A stretch of DNA of 64,000 nucleotides from Vicinamibacterales bacterium (GTDB lineage Bacteria > Acidobacteriota > Vicinamibacteria > Vicinamibacterales > UBA2999), in assembly GCA_964202965.1 (NCBI GenBank), contig CAXNKG010000012.1, positions 228 through 64,227 of the forward strand, in the 5' to 3' direction. The notes beneath the pieces are model-generated. The model searched no databases. It was not told the DNA's origin and saw only the letters and a program-made list of their open reading frames with translations. Numbering within the stretch: the stretch's first letter is position 1; each line of letters starts with the position of its first letter. Shown in pieces: positions 28,353 to 37,664 of the stretch. Made by a program: the position numbers and the translations under genes.

Positions 28353-28790
28353 ATGAGGTCGACGCGCATATCCGAACATCGTCTCCGCCGCCGCGTGCAA
28401 TTTCACGAGGTGGACTCGGCGGGCATCGTGCATTTCAGCTGGTTCTTCCGGTACATGCAGGAGGCCGAGCACGCGCTCTGGCGGGAAGCAGGCGTCAGCA
28501 TCCGGCCGGCCGGGACCGAGGTCGCGTTCCCGCGTGTCTCGACGTCGTTCGATTTTCAGGCTCCACTCCGGTTCGAGGACGAGTTCGACATCCTTATCCG
28601 CATTGCGTCGATGTCGGAGAAGTCGATCCGCTACGTGTGCACGATCACGCAGGGCGAGACCCGCATCGCGACGGGAACGATGGTCGTGGTGTGTGTCAGT
28701 ACGAAACCCGGACAGCCAATGAAGGCCGTCCCCATTCCACAGGCCGTCGTCGAACGACTGACGGCTGCTCCTGGTTCGGAGGCGTCATGA
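28353..28790 (+). CDS. Acyl-CoA thioesterase (4HBT/YbgC-like hotdog fold)
   Basis: HRLRRRVQFHEVDSAGIVHFSWFFRYMQEAEHALWREAG. ATG 28353 is preferred over the TTG at 28323. Confidence 0.75.
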   Translation: MRSTRISEHRLRRRVQFHEVDSAGIVHFSWFFRYMQEAEHALWREAGVSIRPAGTEVAFPRVSTSFDFQAPLRFEDEFDILIRIASMSEKSIRYVCTITQGETRIATGTMVVVCVSTKPGQPMKAVPIPQAVVERLTAAPGSEAS

Positions 28791-29248
28791 GAAGGTTCCT
28801 TGCAGTACCGCTGGCCGTGATGGCGGCATCGTCGTTGGTCATCACCAGCGCATCGGCTCAGACGATCGTTCCGCAGTGGGCGCGCGAGCGGACGACCGCC
28901 TGGTACAACGCCTTCAATGGCGGCGATGCCGTGGCGCTGGCGGCGATGCACACCCCGGATGCGGTGCTCCTGCTCGAGAGCATCACGATGGAGGGGCCCC
29001 CGGCCATCGAGCGGTTTCACGGCGGACAGTTCGAGAAGGTGAAGTTCGACTGTGAGTGGACGATCGCCGGGGTGAGCGTCGTGTACCGGCTGGGAGCGGT
29101 GTGGGGAACGGATGTGTGCGTCGAAACGCCGAAGTCGGGCGCGCCGCCCGTCACGTGGACTGGGCGGTTCATGACCCTGTATCAGCTCCAGGCGGATGGC
29201 CGGTGGATGATCATTCGCGACACCGGCGAGGAAGCCCCGAGACGGTAG
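28787..29248 (+). CDS. Secreted SnoaL/DUF4440-like (NTF2 fold) protein
   Basis: ATGA overlap with the thioesterase. Signal peptide MRRFLAVPLAVMAASSLVITSASAQ; WYNAFNGGDAVALAAMHTPDAVLL...YQLQADGRWMIIRD. Confidence 0.6.
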   Translation: MRRFLAVPLAVMAASSLVITSASAQTIVPQWARERTTAWYNAFNGGDAVALAAMHTPDAVLLLESITMEGPPAIERFHGGQFEKVKFDCEWTIAGVSVVYRLGAVWGTDVCVETPKSGAPPVTWTGRFMTLYQLQADGRWMIIRDTGEEAPRR

Positions 29249-29300
29249 TAGAATCCGGCTCGATGTTGCGCCGTTCCGGTTCGGCTTGAAGGAGGGTGAG

Positions 29301-31373
29301 ATGAAATTCTTCGCCATCGTACTGGCGCTGCTGGCCGCCGCGCCCACGGCATCGGCCGAAGTGAAGCGCATCGTGATCGACCGGAAGGTGTCGCCGGCGT
29401 TCGACGGCAGAACCTACGGGACCATCGGGGCGTACGAGACGCTGACCGGACGCGCGTTCGGGGAGCTCGACCCCAACGCCCCTCAGAACAGGATCATTAC
29501 CGACCTCCAGTTTGCGCCGAGGAACCGGAACGGCAAGGTCGAGTATGTGTCGTCGTTCTTCCTGGTGAAGCCGATCGACATGTCGAAGAGCAGCCGCCTG
29601 CTGTGGCACGGCGTGCCGAACCGCGGCGGACGGCTCACGATTCCCGAAGCCGAGCGGATGCTGGGCGATATTGGCCTCAGCAGCGGGTGGCAGGGCGACA
29701 ACTCGGGCCGCACGGCCCCGGGTGACAACAACGACTGGGTGACGGTGCCTGTGGCGAAGAATGCCGACGGTTCCCCGATTACCGGACCCGTGATCGGCCG
29801 GATCGTGAACGCCAACGGACCTGTGTCGCGGCCGATGCTGGTCAACGCGAACCCGGTCCCGTACAAGCCGGTCAGCCTCGATTCGTCGAAGTCGACGCTC
29901 GTGACGCGGACCAGCGAGACGATCGACGGCAAGGTCATGGGCGAGCGTGCGGTTCCCGCGGGCGACTGGGCGTGGGCGAGCTGCACCGCCGAGAATCCAT
30001 TCCCGGGCAAGCCGGACCCCACACAGATCTGTGTGAAGGGCGGCTTCGATCCCACGCTGCTGTATCAGGTGACGTTCACGGCGCAGGACCCGTATGTGCT
30101 TGGCGTCGGCTACGCCGCGTTCCGCGATGTGGCGACGTTCTTCAAGAATGCGAAGGCCGACGCTGAAGGCACCCCGAATCCGGTGGCCGGCAACGTGACG
30201 TGGGCGATCACCCGCGGCCAGTCGCAGTCGGGCAATTTCATCCGCGCGTTCCTGCATCTCGGCTTCAACCAGGACGAGGCGAACCGCCAGGTGTATGACG
30301 GCGCGTGGCCGATCATCGCGGGCCGCCGCCTGTCGCTGAACACGCGGTTCGCGATGCCGGACGGCGCGCTGAAGCTGTACGAGGCGGGCAGCGAAGGACC
30401 GCAGTGGTGGACGAAGGAAGCGGACGCGGTTCGCGGGCTGCCGGCGGCCGGCATTCTCGACCGCTGCACGGCCAGCAAGACCTGCCCGAAGATTCTCGAG
30501 CACTTCGGTGCCGCGGAGATGTGGGCGCTGACGCTCAGCCCGTCGTTTGTCGGCACGTCGGCGGACCGCGACCTCCCGGTGCCGGCCAACGTTCGCCGCT
30601 ATTACATCGGCAGCACGCCGCACGGCGGCGGCGACGGCGGCTTCAGCGTGACGCCTGGCGCCGCACCGAATTGTCCCGGTCCCAACTTCGGCCGCGGGAT
30701 GTTCCCCGCGAATCCGGTTCCGCACGACGAGACCATCAACGCCTTGCGCGTGCACTTCCGCAACTGGGTGATGAAGAACGGCGAGATGCCGGCGAGCGTC
30801 TATCCGTCGCTCGGCAACAAGATGCTGGTGGACCCGACCAAGGAAGCGACCGGCTTCCCGACGATTCCGGGCGTGCCCGCGAACGCGCCGACCGGCATGG
30901 TGAACCCGATGCTCGACTACGACTGGGGCACCAACTTCAACTACATCGACGGCTCGGGCATCCCGTCGCAGGTGCCGCCCCGCATCAAGAACGTGATCAG
31001 GATGAAGGTGCCGAGGGTGGATGCCGACGGCAACGAGCTCGGCGGAGTGCCGGTGGTCCTGCTCGGGGCGCCGCTCGGCACCTATCTCGGCTGGAACGTC
31101 GTGGCCGCCGGGTTCCATCAGGGCAAGATTTGCAACTATGCGGGCGGGATGGTGCCGTTCGCGCGGACACGCGCCGAGCGAATGGCGAACGGCGATCCGC
31201 GGCTCTCGCTCGAGGAGCGCTACCGGACGCATGAGGGCTACGTCGAAGCGGTACGGGCTGCCGCGGTAAAGGCCGTGGCGTCGAAGTTCCTGCTCCAGGA
31301 AGATGCCGACGCACTTGTCGCCGCGGCGCAGGCGAGCAACGTCCTCGCCACGACGCAGACGGCGCAACGGTAA
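29301..31373 (+). CDS. Secreted ~690-aa protein, probably an alpha/beta-hydrolase-domain family member (function unknown)
   Basis: Strong SD GAAGGAGGG upstream of ATG 29301; signal peptide MKFFAIVLALLAAAPTASA. The family assignment is from memory of similar large proteins annotated as alpha/beta hydrolase domain-containing. Confidence 0.45.
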   Translation: MKFFAIVLALLAAAPTASAEVKRIVIDRKVSPAFDGRTYGTIGAYETLTGRAFGELDPNAPQNRIITDLQFAPRNRNGKVEYVSSFFLVKPIDMSKSSRLLWHGVPNRGGRLTIPEAERMLGDIGLSSGWQGDNSGRTAPGDNNDWVTVPVAKNADGSPITGPVIGRIVNANGPVSRPMLVNANPVPYKPVSLDSSKSTLVTRTSETIDGKVMGERAVPAGDWAWASCTAENPFPGKPDPTQICVKGGFDPTLLYQVTFTAQDPYVLGVGYAAFRDVATFFKNAKADAEGTPNPVAGNVTWAITRGQSQSGNFIRAFLHLGFNQDEANRQVYDGAWPIIAGRRLSLNTRFAMPDGALKLYEAGSEGPQWWTKEADAVRGLPAAGILDRCTASKTCPKILEHFGAAEMWALTLSPSFVGTSADRDLPVPANVRRYYIGSTPHGGGDGGFSVTPGAAPNCPGPNFGRGMFPANPVPHDETINALRVHFRNWVMKNGEMPASVYPSLGNKMLVDPTKEATGFPTIPGVPANAPTGMVNPMLDYDWGTNFNYIDGSGIPSQVPPRIKNVIRMKVPRVDADGNELGGVPVVLLGAPLGTYLGWNVVAAGFHQGKICNYAGGMVPFARTRAERMANGDPRLSLEERYRTHEGYVEAVRAAAVKAVASKFLLQEDADALVAAAQASNVLATTQTAQR

Positions 31374-31438
31374 TGTAGGGCGGGTTCCGCGAAGCCGGGA
31401 ACAATCCATCGGCGAGCGGACCCGCCGGGCGACTAAAT
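31374..31438. terminator. Structured spacer between convergent genes (TGTAGGGCGGGT... hairpin), possible bidirectional terminator
   Basis: GGCGGGTTCCGC (31379-31390) pairs with GCGGACCCGCC (31417-31427) and encloses an inner GTTCC...GGGAAC stem. It starts with TGTAGG directly after the TAA stop. Confidence 0.3.
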
Positions 31439-32701
31439 TCAGGCTGGTGCCGGCGCCGTGCGTTCACCCGCGAACCATCGGCGCCGCATCGGCTTGAGCG
31501 CGAACCACGCGAGGAACGCGGTGATGAAGTTCATCGCGATGACCACCGCAAACACCGGCATCCACGAACCGGTCCTGTCATGAAGCAACGCGGCGACAGG
31601 GCCGCCGAGCACGGAGCCGATCCCCTGGGCGACATAGAGGAAGCCGTAGTTCGCTGTCGCGTGTTTCGGTCCGTACGTGTCGGTCAACGTCGAAGGGAAG
31701 AGCGAGAAGATCTCGCCCCACGCGAAAAAGACGAGTCCAGACAGGAGGACGAACAGGACCGGGCTGTCGCGCAGCAGCAGCCACGAGGTCATGAAAATGC
31801 CCTCCAGCGTGAACGCGATCGTCATCGTGTTCTCGCGGCCGATTCTGTCTGAGACCCACCCGAAAAACGGCCGCGTCAGGCCGTTGGTGATGCGATCGAT
31901 CGAGAGCGCCAGGGGGAGCACGGCGAACCCCCACACCATGACGTTCGACATCCCGAAATCAGCCGTGAAGGCGCCCATCTGCGACGTCACCATCAGCCCG
32001 CACGTCGACATCATGGTCATCATCACGAGCATCAGCCAGTAGATCGGCGTCCGCAGCATCTCCCGCGGCGTGTACGACCGTGAGCCGGCCGTGCCGGAGA
32101 TGGGAACCCGTGCCGCGAGGAGCGTCTGGTGATCGGCCGAAGGCCGCCGCAGTCCCTGGGCCGCAAGGAATCCGGTCACGGCGAAAAGAGCCCCGAACTG
32201 CCACAGGGCCTGTTGATAGCTCGCGCTTCTCACCAGCGTCGACACGGGAAACGTGAAGAGAATCGCGCCCATGCCATAGCCGGCTGCGACGCACCCGGTG
32301 GCAAATCCGCGCCTGTCCGGGAACCACTGCACCATGTGGCCGACGACGCCGATGTAGATGATCCCGGTGCCGATGCCGCCGAGCAGCCCGTATGTCAGAT
32401 ACAGTCCCGTCACGCTCGACACCTGTGCGGCCAGCATCCAGCTCAGACCCGTGAACAGCGCCCCGATCGAGAGAAGCAGGCGCGGGCCGAACCGATCGAT
32501 CAGGAAGCCCTGGGCGGGAGAAAGAAAGGTCTGAAGGACGATCAGAATCGAGAAAGTGACCTGCACTTGCGCCAGGCTCGCCCCGAAGGCGCTCGTAAAC
32601 GGCTGCGTAAAGAGCGCCCAGACGTATTGCGGACCGGAGATCGTGATCATGCAGACGAGCCCGAGCGCCAGTTGAATCCACCGGTTGTGCAGTCGTCCCA
32701 T
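31439..32701 (-). CDS. MFS transporter, oxalate/formate antiporter (OFA) family
   Basis: MGRLHNRWIQLALGLVCMITISGPQYVWALFTQPF..., 12-TM pattern. ATG 32701 is preceded by AAGGAGA; the listed GTG 32719 is less likely. Confidence 0.8.
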   Translation of the reverse strand: MGRLHNRWIQLALGLVCMITISGPQYVWALFTQPFTSAFGASLAQVQVTFSILIVLQTFLSPAQGFLIDRFGPRLLLSIGALFTGLSWMLAAQVSSVTGLYLTYGLLGGIGTGIIYIGVVGHMVQWFPDRRGFATGCVAAGYGMGAILFTFPVSTLVRSASYQQALWQFGALFAVTGFLAAQGLRRPSADHQTLLAARVPISGTAGSRSYTPREMLRTPIYWLMLVMMTMMSTCGLMVTSQMGAFTADFGMSNVMVWGFAVLPLALSIDRITNGLTRPFFGWVSDRIGRENTMTIAFTLEGIFMTSWLLLRDSPVLFVLLSGLVFFAWGEIFSLFPSTLTDTYGPKHATANYGFLYVAQGIGSVLGGPVAALLHDRTGSWMPVFAVVIAMNFITAFLAWFALKPMRRRWFAGERTAPAPA

Positions 32702-32806
32702 AGGTCTCCTTGCCGCCACGCTGCATCGGTCAGCGCGCGAGTCGTCAGGTCATGGCATTATGTGCCAGTGGTGCCGGCTGCTCATCGCATCCTCTGAGCG
32801 ACGTTT

Positions 32807-33907
32807 ATGAAACGAATCATTGCGCTCCTCGCCCTCGTGCTTCTGACCACAGCCAGCCATGCGCAGGTCCGCGACGTGCCGCGCTTCAAGGTGGACCCGT
32901 CGTGGCCGACGATTCCGAATAACTGGCAGTTCGGACAGGTCTCGAGCGTTTCGATTGACGCGCAGGACCACGTCTGGGTGCTGCAGCGTCCGGGGACGCT
33001 GGCGCCAGAAGAGAAGCCGCGCGCGGCGCCGCCGGTCATCGAGTTCGATGCGTCGGGGAAATACGTCCAGAGCTGGGGCGGGCCTGGCCAGGGCTACGAG
33101 TGGCCGACGACGGAGCACGGGATCTATGTGGATCCGAAAGGCTTCGTCTGGATTGGCGGGAACGGCGCCGGCGACCACCAGCTGCTGAAGTTCACTCGTA
33201 CCGGCAAGTTCGTGATGCAGATCGGCCGTGCGAAACAGAGCAAGGGCAACGCCGACACGGTGAACGTGAACATGCCGGCCGATGTGTTCCTGCACGCGGC
33301 GACGAATGAGCTGTTCGTCGCCGACGGCTACGGCAACCGCCGCATCATCGTGTTCGATGCCGACACCGGTGCGTTCAAACGGATGTGGGGCGCGTTCGGT
33401 AACAAGGCGCTGGACGAGGGGCCGAATCCAGCGGTTGCGGACGGATACCTCCGCGGCGCCGCGCAGTTCGTGCAGCCGCTGCACGCCGTACGCGTGTCGC
33501 GCGACGGACTGGTGTACGTGTCGGACCGCGGCGGCAAGCGCGTGCAGGTCTTCAATCTCGATGGCACCTATGTGTCGCAGGTCTTCATCGGCCGCGAGTG
33601 CCGGGTACCGGCCTGCGGCAACGGGACGACGGCCGCGAGCACTGGGTTCTCGGCCGATCCGGCGCAGCGCTTCCTCTACGTCGCCAATCGCAGCCAGGCC
33701 AAGATCATGGTGTTCGAGCGGAAGACGCTGGAGCTGCTGGACGAATTCGGCCAGTGGGGGTCGGCGCCGGGCGAGTTCGGTACGCTGCACCACATGAACG
33801 CCGACTCGAAGGGGAATCTCTACGTCACCGAGGTGACGCCGCTCAGGCCCGAAAACCGCCGCGTCCAGAAATTCACGTTCGTCGGCCTGACGAACGCGAC
33901 GCGGTGA
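32807..33907 (+). CDS. Secreted NHL-repeat six-bladed beta-propeller protein (peptidyl-alpha-hydroxyglycine lyase-like)
   Basis: Signal peptide; repeated G..V.VD..G.VWV / LFVADGYGNRRIIVFD / VYVSDRGGKRVQVFNLDG / LYVTEV motifs. Confidence 0.6.
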   Translation: MKRIIALLALVLLTTASHAQVRDVPRFKVDPSWPTIPNNWQFGQVSSVSIDAQDHVWVLQRPGTLAPEEKPRAAPPVIEFDASGKYVQSWGGPGQGYEWPTTEHGIYVDPKGFVWIGGNGAGDHQLLKFTRTGKFVMQIGRAKQSKGNADTVNVNMPADVFLHAATNELFVADGYGNRRIIVFDADTGAFKRMWGAFGNKALDEGPNPAVADGYLRGAAQFVQPLHAVRVSRDGLVYVSDRGGKRVQVFNLDGTYVSQVFIGRECRVPACGNGTTAASTGFSADPAQRFLYVANRSQAKIMVFERKTLELLDEFGQWGSAPGEFGTLHHMNADSKGNLYVTEVTPLRPENRRVQKFTFVGLTNATR

Positions 33908-35067
33908 TCGCGCGCGACCTCGGCGACTGCCTCGCTCGCATCCGCGAGCTCGACCCCTCGATTCATGCGTGGGTGAAGGTGGCCCCGCAGCCGGCGACGG
34001 GGCCGGGGCCGCTCTCGGGCGTGCCGTTTGGCGCCAAGGACATCATCGAGACGCGCGGTCTGCCGACCGAATATGGGTCGCCGATCTACGGTGGGCGGAT
34101 CGGCACAGCGGACGCGGCGATTGTCAGGACGCTGCGCGGTCTGGGCGCCATCCTCGTCGGCAAGACCCACACGACCGCGTTTGCCTATCGCGACCCGGCC
34201 CCCACGCGTAATCCGCACAATCTGCAGCACACCCCGGGCGGAAGCTCCAGCGGATCGGCCGCCGCGGTGGCGGCGGGCATGGTGCCGCTCGCCCTCGGCA
34301 CGCAGACACAGGGGTCTGTCCTCCGTCCCGCCTCCTTCTGCGGCATCGTCGGCTTCAAGCCGACCTACGGTCTGCTGTCGATGGAAGGCATTCTCCCGTT
34401 CGCCACCAGCCTCGACACGCTCGGCCTCTTCACGCGCACCGTCGGCGAGATGATCGACGTGTGGGATGCGTTGTACGCAGGGCGGACCCGCCACGATCCG
34501 GATGTCGATCTGGGCGTTCTCGATCCTCGTCCCCTCGTCGAACCTCCGATGGCGCACGCGTTCGAGTCGGCCGTCGCCCGACTGCGCGACGCAGGTATCC
34601 GCACGACTCCCGTCGATCTCGGCGACATGCTCGACCGGCTGAACGACGCCTCGCGCGTGATCATGTCGTATGAAGCTGCGCGCTTCCACGAGGCCCGCTA
34701 TCGCGAGCATGGCGACGCGCTTGGCGTCATCGCGAACCTCATTCGCGACGGCCTGGCGATGACGACGGTTGCGTACGACGAGGCGCGCCGGTATGTGGAT
34801 ACCAGCCGCGAGCGGATCACCGAGATCTACAAACGCACGCCCGCGATCCTCGTCCCTGCTGCTGCGGGCGTTGCGCCGGCGGGCCTGTCCTCGACCGGTG
34901 ACCCGCGCCTGAACGCCCCCTGGACCGCGCTCGGCACGCCGGCGATCTCCATCCCGGTGGGCACGCTCGACGGCCTGCCGCTCGGCCTGCAGATCACGGC
35001 CGACAGGGGCGACGATGGGCGAGTGCTGGCGACGGCGCTGCAACTCGAATCGCTCCTGATAACCTGA
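33904..35067 (+). CDS. Amidase (amidase-signature family)
   Basis: [57 protein letters not shown]. The GTG start overlaps the previous stop (GTGA). Confidence 0.85.
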   Translation: MIARDLGDCLARIRELDPSIHAWVKVAPQPATGPGPLSGVPFGAKDIIETRGLPTEYGSPIYGGRIGTADAAIVRTLRGLGAILVGKTHTTAFAYRDPAPTRNPHNLQHTPGGSSSGSAAAVAAGMVPLALGTQTQGSVLRPASFCGIVGFKPTYGLLSMEGILPFATSLDTLGLFTRTVGEMIDVWDALYAGRTRHDPDVDLGVLDPRPLVEPPMAHAFESAVARLRDAGIRTTPVDLGDMLDRLNDASRVIMSYEAARFHEARYREHGDALGVIANLIRDGLAMTTVAYDEARRYVDTSRERITEIYKRTPAILVPAAAGVAPAGLSSTGDPRLNAPWTALGTPAISIPVGTLDGLPLGLQITADRGDDGRVLATALQLESLLIT

Positions 35068-35071
35068 CGGG

Positions 35072-35710
35072 GTGGACCATTCGCTCGAGGCCTTGCTGCG
35101 TGCCGCCATCGCGCGATTGCCAGGGAGCGAGGCCCAGCTCCGCATGTCGCCGAACCCGCGCATGCCGTGGGACCCGTCGCGGTTCCCCGACGGCGGCCGC
35201 GACGCCGCGGCGCTCCTCCTGCTGTATCCCCACGCCGGCGACTGGCACCTTCCGCTGACAGTCCGCGGTTCGGACCTGCGCCATCACACCGGCCAGGTCT
35301 CGCTGCCGGGCGGGCGGGTGGACGCGGGCGAATCGATCGAAGCGGCCGCACTTCGCGAGACGGCAGAGGAAGTCGGCGTCGACCCCGCTGCCGTCCGTGT
35401 GATCGGGCAGCTGACGCCCGTGCGGATTCCGATCAGCGGCTATCTGCTGCATCCAGTGATTGGCATCGCCGACGTGAGACCGGCGTTCCGTCCTGATGAC
35501 TGGGAAGTCGCGCGGCTGATCGAAGTCCCGCTCACGGTGATTCGCGACACATCGATCGTCCAGATCGCGCATCGGACACGAGACGTCGACGGTCGCGTGG
35601 AGCATATGGACGTTCCATGCTTCGCCATCGACGGCGAGCAGGTCTGGGGCGCGACCGCCATGGTGCTCGCCGAGTTCCTGGCGGTTCTCGAGTCTGTTGG
35701 GGACATGTAG
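35072..35710 (+). CDS. NUDIX hydrolase, CoA pyrophosphatase type
   Basis: LPLTVRGSDLRHHTGQVSLPGGRVDAGESIEAAALRETAEEVGV (NudL-type motif plus NUDIX box). Confidence 0.8.
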   Translation: MDHSLEALLRAAIARLPGSEAQLRMSPNPRMPWDPSRFPDGGRDAAALLLLYPHAGDWHLPLTVRGSDLRHHTGQVSLPGGRVDAGESIEAAALRETAEEVGVDPAAVRVIGQLTPVRIPISGYLLHPVIGIADVRPAFRPDDWEVARLIEVPLTVIRDTSIVQIAHRTRDVDGRVEHMDVPCFAIDGEQVWGATAMVLAEFLAVLESVGDM

Positions 35711-35730
35711 GCCGGGTCTTCAGACCCGGC
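35706..35730. repeat. REP-like hairpin TGTAGGCCGGGTCTTCAGACCCGGC (terminator candidate)
   Basis: GCCGGGTC/GACCCGGC stem. The TAG inside TGTAGG is the NUDIX stop codon. A near-identical copy lies at 60678-60703. Confidence 0.7.
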
Positions 35731-36120
35731 GTCGTGGTGTTGCTCTCCCGCGACCGCGGCCAGCATCTCGTCATGGTCCCAGGCTATGCTGCGACGGCCG
35801 CAGGCGTATTGTTGCTATCCAGATCCGCATATCGCGGCCCCTTCGTTCCTGAGTCCTGGCGCCAAGGCCGTCTCATGAACGAGTTCCAGGCGGTTTGAAG
35901 GTCATCACCCACGGCGCTACACTGCAGCCACCGCAGGCGTATCGGAATATCCAGATCCGCCTACTATTCGTTGGGCGGACGAAGGACATTCCCACTCATA
36001 CGTGAAGGGGGACTCGGACAGCTGCGGTGCGGCGTGGTATTTGAGATGCGGTCGCGAGCGAGGAAGAAGCCCGGCGAAGGCCGACTACCGACATGACAGA
36101 TTCACAAAGGAGAACGAACG

Positions 36121-36471
36121 ATGGCTTCCACGAACGAGGTTCTGAACCACCACCTGAAGTGTTTTGGCGAGGGCGACCTCCAAGGCATTCTGAGCGACTA
36201 TGCGCCGGGTGCCGTCCTGTTCACGCCGGACGGGCCGCTCAAGGGAGCCGACGCGATGAGGCCGCTCTTCCAGGCGATGTTTGCGGAGTTTGGCAAACCG
36301 GGCGCGGTGTTCAACATGAAGCAGCAGTCCGTCGAGGGCGAGTATGCCTACATTCTCTGGAGCGCCGAGACTGCCGACAATGTCTACGAGGTTGGCTCGG
36401 ACACGTTCGTCGTGCGGGACGGCAAGATCGTCGCCCAGTCATTGGCCGCCAAGATCAGGTCAAAGGTCTGA
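36121..36471 (+). CDS. SnoaL-like / NTF2-fold protein
   Basis: AAGGAG SD 8 nt upstream; MASTNEVLNHHLKCFGEGDLQGILSDYAPGAVLFTPDG...YILWSAET...DTFVVRDGKIVAQS. Confidence 0.65.
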   Translation: MASTNEVLNHHLKCFGEGDLQGILSDYAPGAVLFTPDGPLKGADAMRPLFQAMFAEFGKPGAVFNMKQQSVEGEYAYILWSAETADNVYEVGSDTFVVRDGKIVAQSLAAKIRSKV

Positions 36472-36613
36472 GGCTGCATCATCGGCGAAGGGGCCGCCCA
36501 ACACGCGCTGCACCCGACGGCCGCCGATGTAATGGTGAGCGGCCGCTGGTGAGCGCTGGCCGTTAGGCGTCATGAACCAAGGCTTGGTTGGCCAGAGTGA
36601 CTGGGAGCATCGA

Positions 36614-37024
36614 ATGAGCTCGAGATCAAACATATCAAGCGGCAGTCCGTTCGAGCCCATTGTTGGCTTCTCGCGGGCAGTCCGCATCGGCAACTTCGTC
36701 TCGGTCGGTGGTACCGCGCCGCTCGGTCCAGATGGTAAGACCGTGGGCATCAACGATGCCGCTGCTCAAGCTCGCCGGTGCTTCGAGATCACGCGAGCTG
36801 CGTTGGAGCAAGCGGGTGCGAGCATCCACGACGTAATCCGCACTCGACTACTCCTTACCCGAATCGAAGACTGGCGTGTCGTAGCCGACGTGCATGGTGA
36901 ACTCTTCCGCGATATTCGTCCGGTCAGTACCATCTTGCAGGTCAGCGCCTTTATCGATCCGCAATGGCTTGTCGAGACAGAAGTCGATGCTGTCATCGGT
37001 GAGGCTGAGCAACCGGCAAGATAG
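36614..37024 (+). CDS. RidA/YjgF-family protein
   Basis: SPFEPIVGFSRAVRIGNFVSVGGTAP...DVIRTRLLLTRIEDW...PVSTILQVSAFIDPQWLVETEVDAV. ATG 36614 has a GGGAG SD. Confidence 0.75.
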   Translation: MSSRSNISSGSPFEPIVGFSRAVRIGNFVSVGGTAPLGPDGKTVGINDAAAQARRCFEITRAALEQAGASIHDVIRTRLLLTRIEDWRVVADVHGELFRDIRPVSTILQVSAFIDPQWLVETEVDAVIGEAEQPAR

Positions 37025-37123
37025 GTAACAGATCAGTCCGGCGACATGAGCGGCGACTCGTGTGTGACGAGGCTCACAAGCGGCTCGCTCGACGGCGGCC
37101 GCGGTAGGATGTGGTTGAGGTCA

Positions 37124-37651
37124 ATGGATTTCGATCTTCACACCGCCGTGCCTGTACTTACACGGACTCCGGCGGTCCTGGATGCCCTGCTCCGCGATCT
37201 CCCGTCGCCCTGGGTCTCGAGCACCGAGGGCCCAGACACCTGGAGCCCATATGACGTCGTCGGCCACCTGATTCACGGCGAGCGTGCGGACTGGATGCCG
37301 CGGGTGGAGCATCTCCTGGCGCACGGAGAAGCCGTCCCCTTTCCTCCGTTCGATCGATTTGCTCAATTCGAGGCGTCGAAGGGCAGGAGCCTGCCCGAGC
37401 TGCTGGATACGTTCCGCGAGCTCCGCACAGACAGTCTTCGCCGTCTCGCGGCCCTTGGTCTATCCACTGCCGATCTAGGCCGCACCGGCCGGCATCCCGA
37501 GTTCGGACGCGTGACGCTCGGCCAGCATCTCGCCACCTGGGTGGTCCACGACCTGGACCACCTGGTTCAGATTGCCCGGGTCATGGGCCGCCAGTACGCG
37601 GAGGCCGTGGGGCCGTGGCGCAAGTACCTGCGGATTACAGGGCCTGCCTGA
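37124..37651 (+). CDS. DinB-family (DinB_2) metal-dependent protein
   Basis: WSPYDVVGHLIHGERADWMPRVEHLL...HLATWVVHDLDHLVQIARV. The start is uncertain (37046, 37109 or 37124); 37124 has a GAGG SD. Confidence 0.65.
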   Translation: MDFDLHTAVPVLTRTPAVLDALLRDLPSPWVSSTEGPDTWSPYDVVGHLIHGERADWMPRVEHLLAHGEAVPFPPFDRFAQFEASKGRSLPELLDTFRELRTDSLRRLAALGLSTADLGRTGRHPEFGRVTLGQHLATWVVHDLDHLVQIARVMGRQYAEAVGPWRKYLRITGPA

Positions 37652-37664
37652 TCAGGCCGCGAGA

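Noticed and set aside
29211-31409. 732-aa minus-strand ORF
   Set aside because: It is antisense to the secreted ~690-aa gene, which has a strong SD and a signal peptide. The product is Arg-rich and shows no domain signature.
35617-35898. 93-aa ORF spanning the NUDIX 3' end and the non-coding stretch (also 36093..36566)
   Set aside because: It overlaps better-supported genes out of frame. It has no SD and no recognisable motif, and it runs through the REP hairpin.
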